Source: Laetmonice hystrix
Taxonomy: Eukaryota
Reading direction: 5' to 3'
Assembly (NCBI GenBank): GCA_965235115.1
Contig: OZ249436.1
Span: forward strand, 13,270,001-13,330,000
Length of the DNA: 60,000 bases
Part shown: positions 34,501-46,500 of the stretch, in pieces
How the letters are laid out: each line of letters opens with the position of its first letter
How positions within the stretch are numbered: position 1 is the stretch's first letter
Position numbers and translations under genes: made by a program
The notes under the pieces: model-generated
The model's input: only the letters and a program-made list of their open reading frames with translations
Told to the model about the DNA's origin: nothing
Databases searched by the model: none

Positions 34501-37500
34501 AACGAAACAATATTACGACGATGTATGCACAAAAGATTGAAACTGAGATCTAAAGATAAAACAACATGCATGTAAATCAAAAACCGAATTGGTGTTTGTA
34601 AATGAGTGTTAGCCCAGTCAGACAGAGGATAATATGTGGTTGTGTTGCTGACAGGTGTTGGCACTACGGAATGGTGAGGTGAGGGATCCACTCTACACGG
34701 GCTCACAGACTGAAGGCTGTTATTATCTCTCACCGTCACAAGATCAAGAGGAAGATTTGGAGTTGCTGATAAACGTCATTGACAAGCAACGTGGTACAAC
34801 GAAGGCCCTCGTTAAGTAGGTTCTTTCTATTGTAACATGGTTGTTCCATGTTCCATAGATGTGTGTGTGTTTTTCTGCCATATTTTTTTAGATTCCATAA
34901 TTATGAGTGAATCTTTCCTACATTATGATAGCCTAATGTTGACAAAGACGAACTCTTCAAATAAACATAATCTCATATAGTGTTGACTGACTGGCATTAG
35001 CGTCGTTCCCGATATGCAATATGCAATGGTTCTCATGATCGAATTAACAAAAGTGTTTTTTAGGATAGAAACCTTTTCTCTGTGAATAATCATTTTTTAT
35101 GTTTGATCGCACCAGGGATATTAAAGTGAGAATGTTCGCTGTTCCTGAGAACAACACGCATTTTGACCACCTGTATACGTTGATGAAAGAGACGCTGCCT
35201 ATTCTGGTTCTCCACAGTAACCCGAAGGTAACCTCTCCCCCTTCTTGTCACTGGACGAACAAACACAACAAACACAAATACAGAAACAGGGCAAACACAA
35301 TGGACCTCACAGGGGTTCAGACACAAACTGGGAAACACAATGGAACTCACAGGGGTTCATACAGAAACACAGCAAACACAATGGACCTCACAGGGGATCA
35401 TAAAGAAACGCGGCAAACACAATGGACCTCACAGGGGCTCATACAGAAACGCGGCAAACACAATGGACCTCACAGGGGTTCATACAGAAACACGGCAAAC
35501 ACAATGGACCTCACAGGGGTTCACACAAAAACACGGCAAACACAATGGACCTCACAGGGGTTCACATAGAAACACGGCAAACACAATGGACCTCACAGGG
35601 GTTCACACAGAAACACGGCAAACACAATGGACCTCACAGGGGTTCATACAGAAACACGGCAAACACAATGGACCTCACAGGGGTTCACACAGAAACACGG
35701 CAAACACAATGGACCTCACAGGGGTTCATACAGAAACACGGCAAACACAATGGACCTCACAGGGGTTCATACAGAAATGCGGCTACATGAAAACGTGCAC
35801 AGATACACAGATTATAATTCCCCTCTTTAAATACTTTACGGCGAAGTCGATTTGGAATATGTAGCAAACAGAAAATGTGCAAGTTTTTCTGACATGCAGA
35901 TATTCGACTTTTTCCTTATTACATCAGCAGGAATTCATTTATTGTCCTTGACCTGCTAATATTATTAATTTTTTCATTTGATAGAGTTTGTTAATTAATT
36001 GTTGTCGTTTCCTTTTTAAGGTGGTTATGCAATATGCAACAGCTCTAGTACTCCAACTGAATTCCTTGTCATCGGGTCCATCGGCGGAATATAATACGGA
36101 CATTGAGAAACGCATGGGGATGCGCACGGAAATTCTTGAGGCTCTGAAGGATCAGTTGCCTGTTAATACGCTTGACCAATGGGTCCAACTTTCATACGCC
36201 CTGAAGTACCTGACGGTAAGTTTGAGTTGAATAATTATTCATCTGTACAAATCCTCTTTTAATGATCTAGGCCTACTTATAAATCTTGTTCAAATAATCA
36301 GTTGGTTGTATTTAAATCTTCAAGCAATGTTTTGCTTGATATAAAAGACATCTTAGCTCTTCTGGTTTGGAGAGTAGGCGACCGTGTGCGTATATAGGAA
36401 TGAGCCCCGGGGCAAACAGGTGAGTCCGTTTTGAGTGGCTGATCACCCTTCTCCCCCTCCACCCATACAGTCAGTGATCGGCGAGTTCCCACCAGAGCAG
36501 AAAGTGTTCGAGGATGTAGTGACGATGGTTCTAAACATGACGGAGGCCATGACACCGCTGGCGACCACGGCTCAGTCAGGCGACGAGTTCGCTCCCACCA
36601 ATGTGCTCTCTGTCATCAATAACCTACTGGCCAACCTCCAGTACATCGCCATCAACTACACGCCACGCAAACGTCGGGATGTCGGTTCGTTCTCCACCGA
36701 TTACTGGGTTCGAACTCTTACTGAGGGGCTCATCGGCCTCGCAAACGACATGGTCTTCATCTCCTGCAGCACGCGCATTCCAGGAGAAACACCAATTACG
36801 TTTAACGTGGGTGATCTCAAGTGTCTGGGACAGCGTACCCTAGCCAGCTCCATCACAACAAACGTGCCCAACTTCGATTACGATATCACCTTTCCTCCAA
36901 CACTTCTTGCACGGTTGGGATCACAGGTGGTGGTGCAATCATTCACCTTCATGGAACAGAATCCATTCTCGTTTGACGACTCCGACGACCCAGTCACATC
37001 ACAAGTGGTGAGTATCCTCTTTCGCCACGATAACGGTAGTGAGATAGTGGTGAGTGGGCTGGACGACGACAAGCGGATCCGGATCGTCCTGCCGGCTCAC
37101 ACCCAGAGTGGGGCCGGGGAGCAGGAGGAGGCGGTCGTCAACATGACCCGTCTACAGCCCGGGAACAGTAAGGTGACCATGATCAACGTGACCACCACTA
37201 TACCAGGGATTGCCTATAACGTGGAGATTAACGGTACCGTGTTGGCGGCGGGGGCGGCGAACGGTACGACCAAGGAGCCATCACTACACCTCCTGGTATA
37301 CCTGGCGTATGGCTACACGCCCACGTGGGTGAGGAATGACCACGTTATGGAGATCAAGGACAACACCACAGCCCCACGCTCACATCGAGCCTACACCTTC
37401 TTCGTGTAAGTTCTTTTTTAAATCTACTACTCATTTAGCTTTTAAGGTGTCATTATTGACCAAAGGTTTCATGCATTGCACATGGATTGGACTAAACGTG

Positions 37501-40500
37501 CGTGGATTAGCATTGATATCTATACTGTAATGATCACCACTTTTACACTTTGTGGAGTCCATTCATAAACCTGTAAGTGCCATCTTTGTGCAGACCACCC
37601 GGTACGACGACCCCGCTGAGTATAACAGTGACGAATGCTATGGCAGACCGGGATGTTGATGTTGCTATCAGTCTCTACTCTCTCCGATGTGCGTACTACA
37701 ATCTGCGCGAAGATTCGTGGAGAACTGACGGGTGTTCGCCCACAGCCGACTCTAACCGGACACATACTGTCTGTGAGAGTGACCATCTCACGTTATTTGG
37801 TGGTTCCACCCTTCTCAACCCACTCGACCTGGACTTCAGCGACCTGGGAGTAAGTAGCCTACGTAGTAAGCCTCAGCCAGTACAGATACGGATACTTTGT
37901 CTAGGGAGTAAGTTGTCGCATGCAATGTGTTCGTTTCGTATTGAAATCACCTTCCAGTATAACGTAAGCATGGCTATGTATGATAACAAAATTATCTGAA
38001 AAGAAAACCGGCAAGGACAACCCAAACTTACAAGAGTAGCCTGTAGGTCTACACCTATCTCTGAGGTAGCTCTACCTGTAGCTAAATGGATTTGATGATA
38101 TCCTTGGTATTGGTTGCAGGATTTGAACCTTGCCGAGAACCCGGTGGTGTTGATTCTAGTGGCAGTGATAGCAGGTCTGTATATCGTGGTAGCGTTCTGG
38201 GCTCGGCAGTACGACCTGCAGGACCTGCACCACATCAGTACTGTACCGCTCTGTGGCCGAGACGCCATCTTCAAATACGAAGTCACTGTCGTCACGGGTC
38301 GAAAAAGAGGAGCAGGTATTATAGACCTAACTATTAAACCCAACTTGACAGACGGATGTGTGCCAAAGCATAACCTAGGCCTATTACTGGGTTCAGCCAT
38401 TTGGAACTCCAGCCTTTGAGTTCTGTCCGCTAGTAATATGTGACTCGAAGTATAGCGTCCAAGAATTAATTGGCTCTTTCTTAAAAATAAGTCTGGGTAA
38501 CACTAGGCCTACAGCCCAGTGTCTTCATTAATAAATTTAGGCAACGGCTTAGATCTATATAGCCTACACTCTGTAGATTCTAACTAGATATATAATACAA
38601 CGAACTATACTCTGCGTATTTTGAGAATACATGTGTACAACTGTTCTGAGTTTAGCTCCATACCTAGGCTTCCAATCACATCGAAGTCTTGCGCCTTCAT
38701 CCCTTTTTCTTTATTTCCTCAGGAACAACGTCCAACGTTGGCCTGAAGATGTACGGTGACGAAGGGAAGTCAGGGGCGCGCCACCTCAACCGGCCGGACG
38801 CTTTCCAGAGGAATTCACACGACAGTTTCCTGGTTGCGACGGACATGTCGCTCGGCAACGTGCAGAAGATTCATATCTGGCACGACAACACGGGCAAGAG
38901 ACCCGAGTGGTACCTATCGCGGGTCGTCATCCGCGACCTCCAGACCAACAAACAATTCTTCTTCCTGGCCAACGACTGGCTCTCGCTGACGGTCGCCAAG
39001 GGAACCATCGATAAACAGATATATGCAGCCGGTACGTGTAAACCTAACCTTAACTGGGTACCGGGAAAAGGTTATCAGTCGTAGGCCTACTTGCTTACTG
39101 AAATACTAGATTTCAAACGAGCTGGAAGTAACAGCCTCTGGAGACGCCTCCGGCACATGCGCAATCATTTACAGCTGAGAGTGCCGTCTAGTGACCTTTT
39201 AACGAACTACCGTATGACACCCATGGACATGCACGATCCCATATTTTAATGAGATTAATAGCCGTGATCTCAGACCGAGTGAGCGCAGAATGTGAGCAGC
39301 GATCATTATTTATAACCCTGATTTTGCTTTCCATGACAGCGCCAGATGAGTTGAACAGTTTCGGCACGGTGTTGAGCGAGGAGACAAACCGCGGGTTCGC
39401 CGAACGTCATGTGTGGTTGTCCGTGTGGGACCGCCCCCCACGGAGTCGATTCTCACGCGTCCAGCGGGTCACGTGCTGCGTGACGCTTATCTACACCTTC
39501 ATGTGTGCCAACGTCATGTGGTACGTCTCACAGCTCTGTTTACGTAGACCTTCCATCGGCAACGGCGCGCATTGAGTCGAATGAGTTTAATGAATCCTTA
39601 TATAAAGCAGGGGAAATAATATTATGTAAAACTGAGTTATCTTGATGTGCAAGAGTTGTACGTTTTTTCAAGGTATGGCATGATCACACGACCGTCGAGG
39701 GTCAACCAGGCTCTTGGCCTCGTGTCTATCAGCTGGCAAGACTTTGTCATCGGAATCCTAGCTTCAATTATAGTCTTCCCAATCCATTTTGCCATCATAC
39801 AAATATTTCGCCTGAGTAAGGTGAAGGTGCGTAAACTATGTTATTATATTATGAATGTTTTATATTTAACATGCATAAATTGCTTATAATAGAAACGCTC
39901 ACAAATGTTTTCTGATCAGATAAGATTTGTTGAAAAGAGTGCATTATTATTATTATTATTATTTTGAAAATGTTGTATCTGGGTAGAGATCCATGTATTT
40001 ACTTGGTCAGGTGGATGCCTACGACTACGGGCTGAAGCCAGGTACGGCACAGACGATCGAGGTGGAGGCAATGTGTGATATCTCTCAGGCCGGTGACTCG
40101 TTCATCCTGTACGGAGACCCAAACCGTGAGAACTCTGCCCCTCTACACCTCCACAGTGGACCGTCCTCCGAGTCAGTCACCGTAAGTATACCTCCCCATG
40201 TCAGTCAGCAACACTGGCAGTATGTTTTTTTAACATGGTCGGCAACGGCTGAGTGGATAATGGCAAGCAGGGCAGATTAAGATAACTTACACTGGTATAG
40301 AGGTCAAGGAAGGTGTTCATGGCTGGCGTACAGCTTGGACAACGGTCAAGTGATCGCAATAGAAACACCTTCCTTAAACATAAAGTTAGAATCAACGGTA
40401 ATTGATCGTTTTTATTCTATGAAAAATAAAAAGTGTTGCTCTGAGAAAAAAAACCCACAACAACAAAGAAAGAAAACCGCCCTTGTCGACTGATAGCTGT

Positions 40501-43500
40501 TGTATGCCGTCTAGATGGCACGCAGTTTGCGGCGTACCGGACCCACCACTATAACAGTGCGAGGGGACACCAGTAGTGTGACATCTGATACAGCTAGTAA
40601 CGTCAGCCGGGAAGATCAGTTCAATAAGGTCAACATTAGGATTCACTCACCTTCAACCTTTACATTCTGCATGGTTGATTTTTAAAAAATCTTTTTATTA
40701 CATCGCATGATCTTCACGTTAATGTTTGCATGAACAAAAAGTTTACGATATAGGGAGCCTGTATCGTAAGATTGTTATTTTTTATATTTCCATACTTCCT
40801 TTTATTACTACATAGCATGTGGTATGTATCTCTACGGATGAATTCCTGTCATTCATATTGTCTGCTGGTGGATGATACCACAGAGTACCTATTCTGTGAT
40901 GATACCCTATAGCCTAGACCCTTATATATTTGTGTGTGTCTCTCTCTATACAAGCGCATTGTCACACAGGGTTCTGATTAGCGTTGGGACGAGGTCTATG
41001 CTATACATCTATATCATAAACACACTATATTATAGTATAGACTGCACCGCCCAAAACTACAGACTCATGTGATTGCAGTTTGCACATATAGACCTATAGG
41101 TCTATAGACCTAGTGTGTATACGGACGTGCATATGGTGTAATAATTATTACGAGCAAAATACTCCTGACTTTGGAGAATTATATTGGCTGTCAACTATCA
41201 ATCTGATCGATTACTGCTTTATCTGTGTAAATTGTTATTGATGTAGTGTGACTGGCTGGAAATAAGAGGCAATTGTCATTTACGTAATGTTACACCTGTT
41301 GACTGGCAATTGGTCATAGCGTAATGTTACACCTGTTGACTGGCAATTGGTCATAGCGTATTGTTACACCTGTTGACTGGCAATCGGTCATGGCGTAATG
41401 TTACACCTGTTGACTGGCAATTGGTCATAGCGTAATGTTACACCTATTGACTGGCAATCGGTTATAGCGTAATGTTACACCTGTTGACTGGCAATCGGCC
41501 ATAGCGTGATGTTGTAGAAGTAATTTATATTGCGTGATTACATTGCCTAATGTATATTTCGAATATAGATAATCACATGAATAACGAAATAATGAACACA
41601 TGAAATACTGTTAAATGCTACATTTTCACGCTCTCGTATGGGCGTACAAGTACACGTTTACGGATATGCCTAGTCTAGAGTTTGAAGATTGATTCTTGAC
41701 AATTTATCGACTAAAAATGTCTTTTTGTCTTTTGCATATGCCTATATTCTTATGTAGGAATGTATCATGTCACTTACATTAAATTTGCTAGTGTCTCCAT
41801 ATTAAAGTTCTTACTGCTGTTTGTTTCAGGTGCCGATCGAGGGGAAGAAATGGTGGTCGTATGATACAATTCTCAAATGGCCCGAAAAACTTCCAAGCGA
41901 GCACAGAACTGAATCGGCAAGTGCAGGACCGTTAAAGAAGAAAGCAGGATTTAGATCGCTGACAGCACCCAAGGTAATAGTTACGGTTGTTAGTGGTAAA
42001 ATGAGGCTAGGGGGACCACCATTCTGTTAATGACAACCTTGGACAACATTGGTTCACCTAAAATTACGGTTCAGTTTCTAATCTCATCCCTCAAATTAGG
42101 CGTTTAGCTAATTCCTCCGGTGGCTTACCGGTAGGCCTATATTGTCATATACAATCTACCTAGGCCCTATTTCGGATTTCGCACTAAAGAAGAATTAGTC
42201 TGTCCAGTATGGTGTGCCAAGTGTTGCCTTTATAATTTCGTACACGAAATTCTTTTTCGTAAGCGAAGTAAACAAAATTATAATTTCGTACACAAAATTC
42301 TTTTTCGTAATATCCATTTCATATACGGAATGACATTTCGTCTACACAATAATGAATTCCGTCAACGAAATTCACTTTCGTCTCAACAATCATCCATTTT
42401 GTCTACGAAATGGAATTTCGTCTCCATAGTACGGTGTATTCATTTCGCGTATGAAATTCTATTTCGTCTCCAAGGTACATCCATTATGTCTCCGAGAATG
42501 ATTTTCATCTCCACAGTATCCATTACATGTCACGAACACGAAATTCTTTTTCGTAAACGAAATTATAATTTCGTACACGAAATTCTTTTTCATAAATGAA
42601 ATGACATTTCGTCTACACAAAAATCGAAATTCACTTTCGTCTCAACAATCATCCATTTTGTCTGCGAAATGGAATTCCGTCTCCATAGTATTCATTTCCT
42701 GTACGAAATTTTATTTCGTTTCCACAGTACATCCATTCCGTCTATGAGAATGATGGCACATTTTGCTCCTTCTATTAAAATTTCGTCTCAACAATTCTAT
42801 TCCGTATACAGAATGGAATTTTGTCTCCTTAAAGCCCATTTCGTGTACGAAATTCAATTTCGTCTACATAATAATCAATTCTGTCCACGGAATTGACTTT
42901 TGTGCCCATAAAATAAATTTTGTCTCCGAAATGTTATTTCCTCTCCACAATAATCCATTCTGTATACATAATGGAATTTCGTCTCCATCATGTCCATTTC
43001 GTGTACTAGATGTCATTAAGACGAAAGTGAATTTCGTTGACGGAATTGATTATTGACGAAATGTCATTCCGTATACGAAATGGATATTATGTCTACGAAA
43101 TTATAATTTCGTTTACGAAAAAGAATTTCGTGTACGAAATTATAATTTCGCTTACGAAAAAAATTCCGTGTACGAAATTATTTTCGTTTAAGAAAAAGAA
43201 TTTTGTATACGAAATTATAATTTCGTTTCCGAAAAAGAATTTCGTGTACGAAATTATAATTTCGTTTACGAAAAAGAATTCTGTGTACGAAATTATAAAG
43301 GCATTTATAACACTTGGCACCCCATAGTCCCGACCCTGTTTCTGCTATGCTGGTCGATGTTTTGTAGGAGTCTGGATCAGGTGAAGTGATCATTGATGAT
43401 GAAATGTTGATGGGATCTGACCGTGAGCGAATCCTTCAGGGAGGCAGTAAAGAGAAACGGAAGTTTGTCAGGTAAGAAAAAACGTGTTCAATAACAGGGT

Positions 43501-46500
43501 TTTTTTTACCCCCTCCGTTTTCACGAGTTGTTCTCCCGTCCACTCTCTCGACGCCCGAGTTACACCTGGAGAACGTAGTCTCCGCAGCTGTCTTTTCATC
43601 TCCTCCCCTTTTGTTCTGATGTGACGCAGAAAATTGTATTTCATAATGAACACCCACAACATGACCATGTGATCGAAAGCTTTTTTAGGTTAATGGTGAC
43701 AGCACAACCAAGAACGCAAAAAGATTTACTTATGCATAGTAATGTTCCTTTTCCATAATTTTCCTCCATTTGTGAAGGTGTAGACATGTACCATCACTCT
43801 ATTTATCTATATGAAGTTTTCCGTCTTTCTCTCCTGACTAAACAGACAGTCGACGTCGGCCACCTTGAGTATAAGTGAGAGTATCGCTGAGTTGGACGAG
43901 GACGAGCTGAGCCCTGTGGACACCGGTCAGAAACCCGGCGTCACTGAGGTCATACGCTTGGTGACCATCGGTCGGCAGGGGGTCAACGCAAGGCCGGCTG
44001 AGGTCAATGGTCACTTCAACAGTCCGATCGCAGCTGGGACCACCACCCGCACTGCCACAAGGGGGCGCTCCGACAGCGGGCAGACGAACATGACGGAGAA
44101 CACGTCAGACGATGACGTCAAACGGAACAGCACGACGCTATCCCGTGTCAATACACCGAGCTCCTCACTGAGCGGTGAACCAAAGTCTGGAGATGGTGGT
44201 AAGGCTTTGACAGAGGGACAGCCAGAACACACGGATGATACATTGCCAACCGTGGATATTCTCAGGTTGGATGACCACGGCAATGACATCAGTAAACAGC
44301 GGGAAACGGAACCCGTGAAAACAGACCCCCACATGTTGGACATACCGCGGAGTAACCAACTGAAGAAATCAAAGTAAGTCACTTCATGATCTGGACAGCA
44401 ACAAGTTTTGTCTTGATGCTCGGTCAACACGTTTTTAATTAATGAGCGCAAACTTTGGAAGGTATTTGTATCAGTTTTGGGTTTGTTATCAAGGATGTTA
44501 GACCTTTGTCTGGTTGTAGGCGTGTACATTTCTCAGTATATTATTCCGATGCATACAATCATTGTTCCTGATATACAATGTAGGCAATAAAAACTGGTGA
44601 CTTTGGGATTATTACAGGTCACAGGCCCGGGTAAGTAAACGCTGGGCCCAGATCGTGATTCCAGCCGAGTACGAGCAGTACAAAAACGATGACTATCACA
44701 CGTTTGACCCTAACAATGATGACGAGTCACCATCTTTATCACGGACACACACCATCAAAAGTAGCGGCAGCACCCTCAGTACCACCAGTACCGTATCATC
44801 CAGTAAGTACCTGCAACCCGACTGGGCTGGACACTATTGTGTTGTTTCTGGCGATGGGTCCCGTCTAGGAGGTGTTACTGCCTCCTTGGTACAGACCAAA
44901 CGTAACTTGATACCGACCGTTGCAGGGTTCCACCAGTTGATGCCAGCCCTGCCGTCCAATCAGAACTGCCTCCTGCCCCACTCCTGTATCTACATCGCGT
45001 ACGCCATGTGCTTCATCCTCTCCACATTCTCCATCATTGTCACCATCCTGTATGGACATAGCTTTGGTCGTGATCTGGCTCTCAAGTGGCTGCTTGCTTT
45101 CTTCATATCTGTGCTTGACTCGGTCTTCATACTGGAGCCCCTCAAGGTACTCATCCTGTCCAACGTGAAGGCGCGGTTTTACATTGTTAAACAGTATCAG
45201 TTATTATTCAGCGGGGCGATAATAATTATTGTAACTCCGAGGTAGTCATATTGACACACTTGCCTGCCCATCTTTACAACATGTGGTGACCAGTCCTCTT
45301 CTAACAGAAATACGGCCAAATATGGCTCGGAATAACCACCTTGAATGTGCATCAGTCGATCCGTAAGTGTTTACTGTTATTTACATTAGAAGGTTGGAGT
45401 ACAATGTTGAAACGTTTGCAGGTGCTGTTCCTGGCCGTGTTTCTGGCAGTGACCACGAGGGAGTTGCACGAGGATGAGGGTTGTATCGAGACACGGCCTC
45501 TGGTCGAGAGTGGCGAAAGGATCAAGGTGGGCCACGCTTTAATGTCATAGAACTTACGTGAAATGCTACAAACAATAGAATTAGAAACTTGGAAATTATG
45601 CATTTAAAAAATAGAAAAAACTCTAACAGGAGAAACCAAATTTAAAAGGTGATATCAAGTTTGAAGTAATGACCTGAAGAAACAGCAAAAACAACGTAGA
45701 TCCCCCTATAGAATAGAGGACCCCCCCCCCCCAGCCCCCACAGAAAATGTATACCATGTTCTCATGATTCCCCCTCTCGGTCCTGCAGAAGGTACGCATG
45801 AAACCTCTGGGCGGGTTCGCGCTGCTCCAGGCCCGGGAAGAAGGACGTAAAGTCCGCCGTATGCACCGTCTCCTACGTCACGCTGCCGTCTACGCCATCT
45901 TTGTCTGGGTGGCATTCTTCATCACGTACCGGGCTCACGATACCAACAACTTCCCCGTCACTGCGGCAATCTCACAGTCCTTTACCTTACCACGCAACGT
46001 CAGCCACACCGGCTTCTACTCCATTCACCAGTGAGTGACTCTCAGGGGGCTAACGTTGGGTTGATCTCTACTCCATTCACCAGTGAGTGACTCTAAGGGG
46101 GCTAACGTTGAGTTGATTTCTACTCCATTCACCAGTGAGTCCCTCTAAGGGGGCTAACGTTGGGTTGATTTCTACTCCATTCACCAGTGAGTCCCTCTAA
46201 GGGGGCTAACGTTGGGTTGAGTTCTACTCCATTCACCAGTGAGTCCCTCTAAGGGGGCTAACGTTGGGTTGATTTCTACTCCATTAACCAGTGAGTCACT
46301 CTAGGGGGGCTAACGTTGGGTTGATTTCTACTCCATTCCCCAGTGAGTCCCTCTAAGGGGGCTAACGTTGGGTTGATTTCCACTCCATTCACCAGTGAGT
46401 CCCTCTAAGGGGGCTAACGTTGGGTTGATTTCCACTCCATTCCCCAGTGAGTCCCTCTAAGGGGGCTAACGTTGGGTTGATTTCTACTCTATTTATCACT

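Noticed and set aside
35228..35864. Repetitive ORFs continuing from PKD1 exon 35116-35227
   Set aside because: The 41-bp unit is not a multiple of 3; a good aag|gtaacc donor at 35227 joins in phase to 36021 and keeps REJ continuity
42330..43393. Phe/Ile-rich ORFs
   Set aside because: Translations of the AT-rich foldback element; no transposase motifs
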